From contig JASNYD010000006.1 of the NCBI GenBank assembly GCA_048500355.1, positions 608,211-665,094 on the forward strand: 56,884 nucleotides of DNA. Direction: 5' to 3'. The stretch comes from Kofleriaceae bacterium. GTDB taxonomy: Bacteria > Myxococcota_A > Polyangia > Haliangiales > Haliangiaceae. This document shows positions 44,381 to 53,998 of this stretch, piece after piece. The number at the start of each line of letters is the position of its first letter. Positions within the stretch are counted from its first letter, which is position 1. The translations under genes were made by a program, and so were the position numbers. The notes beneath the pieces were generated by a model, which saw only the letters and a program-made list of their open reading frames with translations, did not search any database and was not told where the DNA came from.

Positions 44381-44411
44381 CGGCGCCGACCCTACCAAGA
44401 AACCCGCGGCC

Positions 44412-45662
44412 CTACTCGCGGCGCTCGGGTCCGGGTCGGCACACCCGCTCGTCCCACTCGTAGACGACGCGGTACATGACCGTCGCCGTCCCGGCCGCCG
44501 GCACCGTCACCCCCAGCCCGAGCTGCTGCGCCCCCTCCTTGGCCACGCGCGAGCCGGTCGAGTGGTAGGCCAGGGTCCAGCACTGCCCGCGGTAGAGGTG
44601 CTCGCGCACCAGCACGTCGACCGGGCGCGGCCCGCGGTTGTCGAGGGTCACGGTGATCTCCTCGACCAGCCGCATGGCGTCGAGGTCGAGGGCGAAGTCG
44701 GTGCGGCGCCGGCTGCCGCGCACCGCCGCCGCCCGGCCGATCGCGACCGTGGCGTGGCGCTGGCTGTCGGCGGCGGCCGGCAGGAGCTGGCCCTGACCGC
44801 GCCAGCGCAGCGCGCCGCGGTCGCCGTCGACGGCGAGGACCCGCACCGGCCCCGCCGGCAGCGGCGCGGCCGCGACCCGGCCGAGGTCGACGAGCAGGCT
44901 CTCGTCGACCCAGCGCGGCCACCGCGCCACCCCCAGGCGGGGATCGGTGCTCGGGCGCAGGGTGGCCGAGTCGAGGCGCGCGCCGACCGGGTCGTAGACC
45001 AGGGTGGGCACCAGCGGCAGCGCCACCGCCGCGAGCGCGAGATCGAGGCGCTGGGCTCCGGGCGCGATCGCGTGGACGCCCGGCACGATCAGGACCCGCG
45101 CCGGCGCGGTGGCGAGGGCCGCGGTCGCGGTGGCGAGGGGACGATCGGCCACCACCACCTGGGCCCGCTCCCAGCGCCGCCCGGTGTCGTTGCGGAGGGC
45201 GAGCGCGCCGTGGAGCCGGCCCCGGCCGCGCTCGTCGATGAGCGTGTACCCGGCCTGCCACGTCAGGTGGGGCGTGACGTAGGCCAGCGTCAGCCGCGCG
45301 CGGCCGGCGCGAGGCGCGACCACGTCGACCGCCAGGCCGGGGGCGGCGCCGGCGGCCCCGGGGAGGGCCTCCGGATCGATCGCCGTCCAGCCCCGGACCT
45401 GGGCGTCGCGATCGCCCAGCACGATCACCGCGTCGACGCCGCGCGGCCGCGGCAGGTGCACGGTGCTGGCGCCGGCGCCGACCTCGATCGCGAAGCGCTC
45501 CTCGACGACCGCGCCGTCGCGGTGGAGGAGGAGCCGCGCGTCGGCGTCGACGTCCGCCCCCGCCGCCGCGCCGGCCGCCGGCCCGCGCCCGGCGCGCCCC
45601 GCGCACGCCGCCAGGCCGACCGCCGCGGCGACGGCCGCGACCACCGCCGCCGGCCGGCTCAC
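44412..45662 (-). CDS. DUF4139/TIGR02231-like (mucoidy-inhibitor MuiA-family-like) protein, copy 2
   Basis: GTG start by GTGA overlap with the upstream paralogue. Signal/lipobox-like VAAVAAAVGLAACAG. Family-typical C-terminus ...TATVMYRVVYEWDE. Confidence 0.6.
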   Translation of the reverse strand: MSRPAAVVAAVAAAVGLAACAGRAGRGPAAGAAAGADVDADARLLLHRDGAVVEERFAIEVGAGASTVHLPRPRGVDAVIVLGDRDAQVRGWTAIDPEALPGAAGAAPGLAVDVVAPRAGRARLTLAYVTPHLTWQAGYTLIDERGRGRLHGALALRNDTGRRWERAQVVVADRPLATATAALATAPARVLIVPGVHAIAPGAQRLDLALAAVALPLVPTLVYDPVGARLDSATLRPSTDPRLGVARWPRWVDESLLVDLGRVAAAPLPAGPVRVLAVDGDRGALRWRGQGQLLPAAADSQRHATVAIGRAAAVRGSRRRTDFALDLDAMRLVEEITVTLDNRGPRPVDVLVREHLYRGQCWTLAYHSTGSRVAKEGAQQLGLGVTVPAAGTATVMYRVVYEWDERVCRPGPERRE

Positions 45663-47053
45663 CACGCGTAGACGACCGTGTACGACAGGGTCCGGGTGGC
45701 GCCGGCGGGCAGCCGCAGCCGCCACTCGTGGGCCGACGCCCCGGCCCGCTTGCCCGGCTCGTCCTCCTGATCGATCCGCCAGTTGTGCCACCGGTACAGG
45801 TACTCGCGCACGACCACGTCGGCGGCGACCTTGCCTCGGTTCTCGACCTTCACCTCGATGCGCTCGCGCACCGCGCGCCGCCCCGGATCCTCGCGGCAGT
45901 CGAGCTGGCGGCGCTCGCCGACCAGCTCCGGCGCCGCGCCGATCCGCAGCCGCAGCGCGCCGGTGACGCCGTCGACGCGCAGGGTGTCCTCGCCGAGCGC
46001 GGTGAGCGCGCCGCGGTCGTCGCGCCGCAGGAGCCGCACCGTGCCCTCGGGCAGGACCCGACCGGGTCCGTCGAGCTCGAGCACGTGCTGGCTGCGCACG
46101 CCGGCGGCCTGCGCGGTGAAGCCGTGGCAGTCCTGCTGCGGGAACGACGCGGTCTGATCGGCCAGGGCCTCGAACATCACCAGGCGTCGGCCCTTGACCG
46201 CGGTCCGCCGGGGGGCGAGCTCGACCTGGACGGTGGCGCCGGCGGGCACGTCCACCGGCCGCGCCAGGGGGATGGGCGCCGGCCGGCCCGTCGCCGGCGC
46301 CCGCGGCGTCCGCCCCGCCGGGTCGCTCACCAGCGTGAGCTCGGCCGCCGTCAGCGCGAGCCCGGCGTCGTTGCGCACCGCCGCCCAGGCGGTGAGATCG
46401 ACGGCGTCGCCGGCCCCGAGCACCGCGGTGTACTCCGGCGTCCAGCCGAGGCCGGCGGCGCGATAGCGGACCTCGAGGGTGTGGCGGCCCGGGCGGCGCG
46501 CGGCCAGCTTCCACACCAGGGTCGGCTCGTGCTCGACGTCGGCGGCGCCCAGCTCGAGGGCCACGACGTGCTCGCCGCGGCGGACGATCTCGACGCCCTT
46601 GCCGGCGGTCTCGATCACCAGGGCGTCGAGCGTGACGGCGCGCAGCGTGCCCCGGACCTCGCCCCGGCTCAGCACCACCGTGATCGGCCGGCCGACGTGG
46701 CGGGCGAGCAGCGCCTCGGGCGTGGCCAGGTTGGCGGCGAAGCGCTGCTCGAGCACGCTGGTGCCCGACGGATCGGTGACGCTCGTGACCTCGACGGTCG
46801 CCGGATCGAGCCCGGCGGCGACGCCGACGAAGCGCACCACGCCATCGGCGGCCACCTCGACCTCGCGGCGATGGCTGACGAAGGCGCCGCCGCCGCCGTA
46901 GCCGCTGCCGCCCGCGCGCCAGATCGAGACCTGGGTGCGCGCGTCGCGGCGCTCGGCGGCGGCGTGACCGGCCGCGGCCACGGCCAGCGCGGCCGCGGCG
47001 CCGATCGCGAGCGCGACGCGCCCTCGCCCCACCTGCGCGGCATGGTCCTTCAT
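45659..47053 (-). CDS. DUF4139/TIGR02231-like protein, copy 1, with signal peptide
   Basis: Signal ALAIGAAAALAVAAAGHAAA. It ends ...TRTLSYTVVYAW, the characteristic Y-x-V-x-Y-x-W family terminus. Confidence 0.7.
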   Translation of the reverse strand: MKDHAAQVGRGRVALAIGAAAALAVAAAGHAAAERRDARTQVSIWRAGGSGYGGGGAFVSHRREVEVAADGVVRFVGVAAGLDPATVEVTSVTDPSGTSVLEQRFAANLATPEALLARHVGRPITVVLSRGEVRGTLRAVTLDALVIETAGKGVEIVRRGEHVVALELGAADVEHEPTLVWKLAARRPGRHTLEVRYRAAGLGWTPEYTAVLGAGDAVDLTAWAAVRNDAGLALTAAELTLVSDPAGRTPRAPATGRPAPIPLARPVDVPAGATVQVELAPRRTAVKGRRLVMFEALADQTASFPQQDCHGFTAQAAGVRSQHVLELDGPGRVLPEGTVRLLRRDDRGALTALGEDTLRVDGVTGALRLRIGAAPELVGERRQLDCREDPGRRAVRERIEVKVENRGKVAADVVVREYLYRWHNWRIDQEDEPGKRAGASAHEWRLRLPAGATRTLSYTVVYAW

Positions 47054-47139
47054 GCCGCGCCAGCATAGCAGCAGGGCCCGCGGCGATCGGGGTCCGGACC
47101 GGGGGCGCGCGGCCGGCGGCCCTCGGATATAGTCCCGCC

Positions 47140-50100
47140 GTGGCGACGACTCCCGGCACCGCCTGGCGCGGCCTCGCGCCCTACCGCGAGGACGAGCACG
47201 GTGCGCTGCTCGGCCGCGATCGCGATCGCGACGAGCTGATCCAGATGATCACCGCCACCGGCTACCGCGCCGGGCTGCTCCACGGCGAGCGCGGCGTCGG
47301 CAAGACCTCGCTGGTGGCGGCGGTGCTGCCTCACCTGCGCGAGCAGGGCGCGGTGGTCGTGACCTGCGCCGATCCGACGACGCCGGCGGAGTCCCTGGCC
47401 GCGGGCCTCGCCGCCACCGGCGCTCAGCCCACCGCCGGCGAGGCGCCCAGCGCCTTCATCGCCCGCGTGGTCTCGAACGCGCCGCCGTCCCAGCTCTTCC
47501 TGTTCGTCCTCGACGACATCGAGCTGGCGCTGGCCGGCCCCAACGGCCTCGGCGACGAGCGGATCACCCAGGAGCTGGCCGAGGTGTTCGCGCGGTCGAT
47601 GGCGCGCGCCAGCGGCCGCGCCCGCTTCCTCTACGTGGCGTCGAGCGAGCGGGTCCACGTCTTCGGTCACCTCGAGCACCGCACCGGCTCGCTGTTCCCG
47701 CCCACCTGCCGCCACGAGCTGCGCCGGCTGCCCCCGGACGAGGCGAGCGCGGTGCTGGGCGGCCTCCTCGCCGGCGCCGGCGAGCCCGGCCTCCCCGAGG
47801 CGGTGGTGGCCGGCCTCGGCCGCGGCGGACCGGTGCTCCCCGCCGACCTGCAGATCGCGCTGCTCGGCCTGCGCGAGCTGCACGTCACCAGCGTCGCCCA
47901 GCTCGTCCGCGCCGGCGGCGGCGGCGAGCTCGAGCGCCACTGGCTCGAGGGCGCGGCGCGGGCCAGCGGCGACGAGCGGCGCGCGCTGCGGGCCCTGGCC
48001 GAGCTGGCCAGCGACGACGGGGGCGGCGCGCCGGCGGCGCGGACCGCCGCCGACATCGGCGCCCCGCTGTCGCTCCACGCCGACGAGGTCGAGCGGATCA
48101 TGGCCGGCTTCGCCGCGCGCGGCGCGGTGGTGCGCGCCGGCCCGGCGCTCGATCGGTGGCGCCTCGCCCACGAGGTGCTGGCGGCGCGCGTGCGCGAGCT
48201 GACCGCGCCGGCCCGGGCCGCCGCCCGCCGCGCCCACGAGCTGCTCGGGGCGCGCGCCGCCACCGGCACCCGGCTGTCGCCGCGCGAGCTGTGGGACGTG
48301 CGCCTCGAGGGCATCGCCCCCACCCGCGACGACGAGCGGCGCGTGCTCGACGCCTCGCGCCGCTTCTACAAGACGATCGCGATCGCCGTCGCCGCGCTGC
48401 CGGTGGTGCTCCTCGTCCTCCTGTGGTTCCTGCAGCGCGGCAACTACTACCTCGCCCTCACCCCGCGTCCCGGCGGCGACCGGATCGTGGTCAAGGCCGG
48501 GCGCGCCGGCCTGTCGGCGTTCGACTGGCTGCCGAGCTCGCCGGGCTTCGGCGACACCCTGGTCGACACCGGGCTGTCGCGGCCCATGGTCGAACCCCGG
48601 GCGTGGGCGGCGGTGACGCGGCAGGAGCTCGGCGGCGGGCTCGCCGGCTGGGATCGCGTGCTCGATCGGGTCACGGAGCCGCGGCTGGCCGCGCTCGTCG
48701 CCTACGCCACGACCGGCGACGCGAAGGCGCTCGCGACCCTGGCCGCACCGGCCAAGGCTCCCGACGACCTGGCCGAGGTCCTGGTCGCCCTCCGGCCCAT
48801 CGCCCGCGGCGGGGAGGCCGAGGTCCAGCTCGTCGAGCAGGCGCTGGCGACCCCGGCGCCGGCGGTCCAGCAGGCGGCGGTGGCGGTGGCCGGCGCCGCC
48901 GCCCTGCGCAACCCCGAGGTCTACCGCGAGACCCTGGTGCGCGCGCTGACCGCGGCCGATCCCGAGCTCCGCCGCATCGCGTTCGCGGCGGTGCGTCAGC
49001 TCGGCGCCGAGCGCGCGGCGCCGCTGTACGCCGCGGCCCTGCGCCGCGACCCCGACGCCGCCATCCGCCGCGAGCTCCTGCTCGTGGTCTCGATCGAGGA
49101 GACCGACGCCGCGCCGCCCTCGGCCGAGGCCGCGCTGCCGGCGCTGGCCGACGGCGCCGCCAGCCCCGCGCTGCGCGAGCGCGCCCGCGCCCAGCTCCGC
49201 CGCGCCTTCGCCGCCGACGCGGCGGCCGCCGCCGAGGCCACCGCCGCGCTGATCGCCGACGAGAACGCGCCGGCCGACGCCCGGGTGTTCGCGATCCGCG
49301 TCGTGCTCGAGGACGGTGACATCGGCCCGGCCGGCGCGCCGCGCCTGGTCGACCCGGTGCGGGCCGCGGTCGGCTCGCGCGCCGAGGCGGTGCGGGCCGC
49401 CGCCCTGCCCCTGTTCGCGCGCGTCGCGCCGTCGGGCGCCGTCGAGGACATCGCGCGCATCGGCGGCGAGCGCCTGAGCCGCCCGATGAAGGTCGCGGTC
49501 GCGCTGGCGTGGGGCGAGCTGGCCCGGGCCAAGATCCCCGAGGCCGGCCCCGCGCTCGAGCGCCTGATCAAGGACGACGCGTTCGAGGTCCGCGCCGCCG
49601 CCGCCGAGGCCATCGGCTACCTCGGTCGCCCCGCCCAGGACACGCTCATCAAGATGGTCAAGAACGAGCGCATCGAGGTCGCCGCCGGCGCCGCCCGCGG
49701 GCTGGCCCGCACCGCCGACGTCGGCGCCTCGGTGCCGGTCGCGGTCGGCGGCATCGCCCAGCTCTGGCCGCGCAAGGGCCGCGCGCGGCGCGAGGCGGCG
49801 ATCGTCTTCGCGCAGATGGCGAAGAAGCGCCCGGCCCCGGTCATGAACTACCTGGCGGCGGCCGCCCGCGCCCCCGACGATCCCGCGCTCCACCCCATCG
49901 GCGCCGAGGGCCTGTGTCACGCCGCCAACCAGGGCAACCTGGAGGCTCGCCGCCAGCTCCTGCGCGTCACCGACGATCCGGCGGTCGAGGTCCGGCGCAT
50001 GGTCATCGCCTGCGCCGCCGACGGCCCCGACGCCGGCAAGAACGGCGTGGCGGTGGCGACCCGCCTGGTCAAGGACACCGACGGCCAGATCCGCGCCGCG

Positions 50101-51072
50101 GCGGCGCGGGTGCTGGCGCTGTCCACGGCCAAGGGCGGCAAGCTCTCGGGCGGGGTCGGCGACGCGCTCCTGGCCCTGCTCGAGGATCCCGAGCGCGAGG
50201 TGCGAGTGATCGCCGTGCGCGCCGTCGGCGGCCTCGGCGCCGAGGCGCCGCGGGGCGCGGCCGCCGTGCTGGCGCGGGCGTTCGAGCGCGCCGACGAGGG
50301 CGAGAAGCTCCTGCTCCTGCGCGCCGGCCGCGCGGTCGGCGCCGACGAGCTGGTCGGGCTCGCGATCGCCGACGGCTCGCCGCTGGTCCGCGTCGAGGCC
50401 GTCGACAGCGCGCTGGCGACCGGGGTCGGCGCCGCGCCCACGGTCTCCGCCGCCCTGGCCGACGTCGACCCGCAGGTGCGGCGCGCCGTGCTCGCGCGCC
50501 TCGCCACCGACAAGGACAAGCTCGAGCCGGCCGCCCTCGAGCGGGCGCTGGCCCTGGCCGTGCGCGACCCCGATCCCGAGCTGCGCCAGCTCGCCCTGAC
50601 CACGGTGGCGCGGGTCGCCCCCAAGGAGGCGGTGGCCGAGCGCCTGGGCCGCTCGCTGTCGGCGCGCGCCGAGCGCGAGCGCGCCGCCGCCGCCGCCGCC
50701 GCCATCGGGCTGGTCGAGCGCGACGCCCAGCTCGCGGTCAAGCTCCTGACCCCGCTGCTCGCCGATCCGTCCCACGACGTGCGGGTCGCGATGCTGGCGT
50801 CGCTGGGCTCGGCCTACGCCGCCGTCAACTCGCCCGAGCAGCTCTCCAACCTGCTGACCCGCGCCGAGGGCGACGCCATGAAGCGGCTGGCCGCGGCCGC
50901 CGCGTTCGTCATGCTGGCCCGCACCGACGCCGGGCGCGCCGCCGCCGCCAGCGCGCTCGGCCGGATCGCCGAGCGCGGACCGACCATGGCCCGCCGCACC
51001 GCCCGGCTGGTGGTCGGGCTCATCGAGAGCCAGGCCGACGGCATCGCCTTCCTGGAGCAGCTCGTCCCCTGA
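47140..51072 (+). CDS. P-loop NTPase (STAND/AAA_16-like) plus single TM plus long HEAT-repeat protein (1310 aa)
   Basis: Walker A GERGVGKTS. Walker B-like LFLFVLDDIE. TM FYKTIAIAVAALPVVLLVLLWFL at ~aa 395. HEAT-like repeats follow (...DPELRRIAFAAVRQLG..., ...DPAVEVRRMVIACAA..., ...DPEREVRVIAVRAVGGLG...). Confidence 0.8.
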   Translation: MATTPGTAWRGLAPYREDEHGALLGRDRDRDELIQMITATGYRAGLLHGERGVGKTSLVAAVLPHLREQGAVVVTCADPTTPAESLAAGLAATGAQPTAGEAPSAFIARVVSNAPPSQLFLFVLDDIELALAGPNGLGDERITQELAEVFARSMARASGRARFLYVASSERVHVFGHLEHRTGSLFPPTCRHELRRLPPDEASAVLGGLLAGAGEPGLPEAVVAGLGRGGPVLPADLQIALLGLRELHVTSVAQLVRAGGGGELERHWLEGAARASGDERRALRALAELASDDGGGAPAARTAADIGAPLSLHADEVERIMAGFAARGAVVRAGPALDRWRLAHEVLAARVRELTAPARAAARRAHELLGARAATGTRLSPRELWDVRLEGIAPTRDDERRVLDASRRFYKTIAIAVAALPVVLLVLLWFLQRGNYYLALTPRPGGDRIVVKAGRAGLSAFDWLPSSPGFGDTLVDTGLSRPMVEPRAWAAVTRQELGGGLAGWDRVLDRVTEPRLAALVAYATTGDAKALATLAAPAKAPDDLAEVLVALRPIARGGEAEVQLVEQALATPAPAVQQAAVAVAGAAALRNPEVYRETLVRALTAADPELRRIAFAAVRQLGAERAAPLYAAALRRDPDAAIRRELLLVVSIEETDAAPPSAEAALPALADGAASPALRERARAQLRRAFAADAAAAAEATAALIADENAPADARVFAIRVVLEDGDIGPAGAPRLVDPVRAAVGSRAEAVRAAALPLFARVAPSGAVEDIARIGGERLSRPMKVAVALAWGELARAKIPEAGPALERLIKDDAFEVRAAAAEAIGYLGRPAQDTLIKMVKNERIEVAAGAARGLARTADVGASVPVAVGGIAQLWPRKGRARREAAIVFAQMAKKRPAPVMNYLAAAARAPDDPALHPIGAEGLCHAANQGNLEARRQLLRVTDDPAVEVRRMVIACAADGPDAGKNGVAVATRLVKDTDGQIRAAAARVLALSTAKGGKLSGGVGDALLALLEDPEREVRVIAVRAVGGLGAEAPRGAAAVLARAFERADEGEKLLLLRAGRAVGADELVGLAIADGSPLVRVEAVDSALATGVGAAPTVSAALADVDPQVRRAVLARLATDKDKLEPAALERALALAVRDPDPELRQLALTTVARVAPKEAVAERLGRSLSARAERERAAAAAAAIGLVERDAQLAVKLLTPLLADPSHDVRVAMLASLGSAYAAVNSPEQLSNLLTRAEGDAMKRLAAAAAFVMLARTDAGRAAAASALGRIAERGPTMARRTARLVVGLIESQADGIAFLEQLVP

Positions 51073-51133
51073 CGAGCGCCGCCGGCGCCGCGCGACGGGA
51101 TGACCGGGGCCGCGCGACCGGCGAGGCGCGGGG

Positions 51134-51487
51134 CTACCGGCCGGCCGTCACGACCACCGTGGTCGTGATGCCGCCGCGCACCGCGAAGCGGCCGGTCACG
51201 GTGAGCCGACGCGGCGCGATGGCCGCCACCAGGTCGTCACAGATCCGGTTGGTCACCGCCTCGTGGAAGGCGCCCTCGTCGCGGAAGCTCCACAGGTAGA
51301 GCTTGAGCGACTTGAGCTCGACGCACAGGCGGTCGGGGACGTACTCGATGTCGATGGACGCGAAGTCGGGCTGGCCGGTGATGGGGCACAGGCACGTGAA
51401 CTCGGGGCACTGGAACTGGATCACGTAGTCGCGCTCGGCCTTCGGGTTGGGGAAGGTGTCGAGCGACTTGCTCGGCCGCGTGGTCAT
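51134..51487 (-). CDS. queF: NADPH-dependent 7-cyano-7-deazaguanine (preQ0) reductase QueF, type I
   Basis: Catalytic-Cys motif [18 protein letters not shown]. QueF motif [14 protein letters not shown]. 117 aa. Confidence 0.9.
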   Translation of the reverse strand: MTTRPSKSLDTFPNPKAERDYVIQFQCPEFTCLCPITGQPDFASIDIEYVPDRLCVELKSLKLYLWSFRDEGAFHEAVTNRICDDLVAAIAPRRLTVTGRFAVRGGITTTVVVTAGR

Positions 51488-51512
51488 CGCCGAGCCATAC
51501 CACCGAAAAGGA

Positions 51513-51548
51513 CACGGGCCCGTTGCCGGGCCCGCGTTTGCTCTTGTG
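51513..51548 (-). terminator. GC hairpin (cgggcccg-ttgc-cgggcccg) followed on the minus strand by CCTTTTC; it is terminator- or attenuator-like and sits ~25 nt upstream of the queF start
   Basis: Self-complementary 8-bp GC stem, 4-nt loop and a U-tract on the minus strand. It could end the RHH/small-ORF transcript or act as a queF leader attenuator. Confidence 0.35.
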
Positions 51549-51860
51549 TGATGGCGAGCCCCCTGCGGAGCTCACGGCGTGGAGGTTGGCCTAGGGCCGC
51601 CTCTCCTGAGAGCGACGACTGTTACATGACATGTTCGGTTCTTCCTCCCCTGGCATAGGCCAGAGCCTGGCGAGCGGCCCGCAGACAATCCGCGGCTCCC
51701 GTGGCCAGGCCTTCGTAATGGGCACCTCGGCCCGTCTCGAAGACCACCCTGCGCGTGCCCGTCTGGCGTCGCGTGGTGACTGTCGGCGACATGGTCGCGA
51801 TCTGATCTTAGGGGATCTCGATCGCCCGCGCCAGTCCTCGCTTTCGCGGACACCGCCGCC

Positions 51861-51908
51861 CGACGCCGACCTGGAGCGATCCCCGACGCCGACCTGGAGC
51901 GATCCCCG
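51861..51908. repeat. 24-bp tandem direct repeat x2 (cgacgccgacctggagcgatcccc) followed by ccccgtcacgggg hairpin
   Basis: Located in the ~420-bp lower-GC non-coding stretch between the RHH gene and queF. Confidence 0.55.
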
Positions 51909-51978
51909 TCACGGGGACGCGCGCGCCCGACCGGCGCGGGCGCCTCGCGGCCCGCACCCACGGCCTGGCGGCAACCGC

Positions 51979-52389
51979 TCAGAACGTGAAGATCTGCTCG
52001 GCCTTGGGCATCGCCGGCGCCTTGGGCGCGGGCTGCTCGGCCTTCTTGATGATGGGGGGCGGCGGCTCGACCGCGTAGCGCGCGGCCGCCGAGGTCATCG
52101 GGATGATCGGCCGCGCGGGCGCGGCGGTCGCCGCCGGCTGCGTGGAGCGCGGCGTCGAGCCACCACCCGACGACACCGGCCGGGCCGGCGCGGGCGCCGG
52201 CGCGGGCGCGGGCCGCGGCGCGGGCCGCTCGGCGACCTCGGGCGCAGCCTCGCCCTCGCCGAGGAAGTCGCCCACCCGGTTCTCGACGAACTGGCTCATC
52301 GAGATCCCGTTGGTCTCGCAGAACGACTTGAGCCGCTCGTACGTGGTGCGGCTGACGCTGATGCTCCGCCGGGTCTGCTTCTTCGCCAT
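51979..52389 (-). CDS. Ribbon-helix-helix (CopG/Arc-like) DNA-binding protein with Pro/Ala-rich tail
   Basis: MAKKQTRRSISVSRTTYERLKSFCETNGISMSQFVENRV fits an RHH beta-strand plus two helices. A perfect palindrome, CTACCGGTAG, lies in its 5' region. Confidence 0.55.
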   Translation of the reverse strand: MAKKQTRRSISVSRTTYERLKSFCETNGISMSQFVENRVGDFLGEGEAAPEVAERPAPRPAPAPAPAPARPVSSGGGSTPRSTQPAATAAPARPIIPMTSAAARYAVEPPPPIIKKAEQPAPKAPAMPKAEQIFTF

Positions 52390-52403
52390 GTTGATTCCTT
52401 ACG

Positions 52404-52451
52404 CTACCGGTAGGGTACCGTCAAGGACGACCTACTAGCCCTGGTACCCTC
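52404..52451. promoter_or_regulatory. Perfect 10-bp palindrome CTACCGGTAG plus repeated GGTACC motifs just upstream of the RHH gene start; candidate autoregulatory operator
   Basis: CTACCGGTAG at ~52404-52413. GGTACC at ~52414-52419 and ~52443-52448. The RHH ATG is at 52389. Confidence 0.35.
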
Positions 52452-52621
52452 TCTCCACGCACGGGATACCACGGGAGTCTGACACCGACGCCCAACCCCG
52501 CGCCGCGCCTCGCCCCGCCGCGCGCGGAGCGCCGACAGCGGACCGATCGAGGGAGCCGCCCCTCGTCGACCTGCTACCATCGGCGGACTGCACTTCGCCT
52601 AGCGGGGGTCACGACTTCGAG

Positions 52622-53998
52622 ATGTGGGCTGCGATCCGCCTCGTGCGCGCCACGCGCGTGTTCGGCACGATCTTCCTCAGTTACCTGTGGGGGCTCTCGT
52701 GGGCGCGCCTGTGGCCATCGCGCTGCGACACCGCCGAGCGCTGGCGCAAGCTCCACCGCCGCAACGCGCGTCGCATGTACAAGGGCTTCGTCCGCCTCCG
52801 CGGCGTCTACATCAAGCTCGGCCAGATCCTGTCGATCATGGGCACGTTCCTGCCGCGCTCCTACACCGAGGAGCTCGAGGGCCTGCAGGACGAGGTGCCG
52901 CCGCATCCCTACCCGCAGATCGCCCGGGCGTTCGAACGCGCGATCGGTCGGCCGCCGCACGAGGTGTTCTCCAGCTTCGAGCGCACCCCCATCGCCGCGG
53001 CCTCGCTCGGTCAGGTCCACGAGGCCCGCGACGCCGACGGCGTGCGCCTCGCGGTCAAGATCCTCTACCCCAACGTCGCCGAGATCATCCGCGTCGATCT
53101 CAAGGTGCTGGGCTGGGCGCTGCGGGTGTACCGGACCTTCGTGCCGGTGCAGCAGATCGAGCGCGTCCACGAGCAGCTCCAGGACATGCTCGAGCGCGAG
53201 ACCGACCTCGCCAACGAGGCCCGCTGCATCGAGCGCATGAGCCAGAACTTCGCCGGCGACCCCGACGTCCTGTTCCCGCAGGTCTTCCCGGAGTGGAGCC
53301 GCAAGACCGTCCTCACCATGGGCTTCATGGACGGGGTCAAGATCAGCAAGAAGGACGCGCTGGCCGGGCTCGGCCTCGATCCCTACGCCGTCGCCACCAA
53401 GCTCACCCAGGTCTTCTACAAGCAGCTCTTCCTCGACAAGTTCTTCCACGCCGACCCCCACCCCGGCAACTTCTTCGTCCAGCGCGGGCCCGAGGGTCAG
53501 GTCCGGATCGTCGTCCTCGACCTCGGCTCGGCCAGCCAGCTCGAGGACTCGCTGGCCGACGGCATGCTCGACATCCTGTCCGGGCTCATGACCAAGAACG
53601 ACGACCTGGTGGTCAAGGGCATCGAGACCATGGGCTTCGTCGCCGAGGGCGGCGATCGCGAGCTGCTCGAGCGCACCGTGCGCAAGTACTTCGAGAAGCT
53701 GCTCAACCTCAACATCACCGACTTCTCGAAGATCAGCCCCGACGTCGCCCAGCAGTTCGCCGACGGCGACATGCGCCGCGACGAGCTACGCGAGCTCATG
53801 AAGTCGATCGCCTACCCCGACGGCTGGTTCTACGTCGAGCGCGCCGCGGTGATCATGTTCGGGCTGTCGTCGCAGCTCGCGCCCAAGCTCAACACGGTCC
53901 AGGTCGGCTTCCCGTACGTCATGCGCTTCCTCGCCGAGCGCATGGCTCAGCGCACCGCCGCCGCCCCCCCGGCGACGGCGCGCGCCACCGCGTCCTGA
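52622..53998 (+). CDS. ABC1/UbiB-family atypical kinase
   Basis: FVRLRGVYIKLGQILS, AAASLGQVHEA, LAVKILYPN and FHADPHPGNFFV are ADCK/UbiB kinase motifs. Confidence 0.9.
   Translation: MWAAIRLVRATRVFGTIFLSYLWGLSWARLWPSRCDTAERWRKLHRRNARRMYKGFVRLRGVYIKLGQILSIMGTFLPRSYTEELEGLQDEVPPHPYPQIARAFERAIGRPPHEVFSSFERTPIAAASLGQVHEARDADGVRLAVKILYPNVAEIIRVDLKVLGWALRVYRTFVPVQQIERVHEQLQDMLERETDLANEARCIERMSQNFAGDPDVLFPQVFPEWSRKTVLTMGFMDGVKISKKDALAGLGLDPYAVATKLTQVFYKQLFLDKFFHADPHPGNFFVQRGPEGQVRIVVLDLGSASQLEDSLADGMLDILSGLMTKNDDLVVKGIETMGFVAEGGDRELLERTVRKYFEKLLNLNITDFSKISPDVAQQFADGDMRRDELRELMKSIAYPDGWFYVERAAVIMFGLSSQLAPKLNTVQVGFPYVMRFLAERMAQRTAAAPPATARATAS

Noticed and set aside
51572-51961. 129-aa minus-strand ORF in the queF upstream region
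   Set aside because: Its Arg/Gly-rich composition is inconsistent with the local lower-GC sequence being coding in that frame. Only the shorter 56-codon ORF inside it looks remotely protein-like, and that is kept as a low-confidence note.
52400-52460. Sigma-54 promoter (TGGCAC-N5-TTGC) near ctggtaccctctctcc
   Set aside because: There is only a loose resemblance, TGGTAC rather than TGGCAC, with no properly spaced TTGC.
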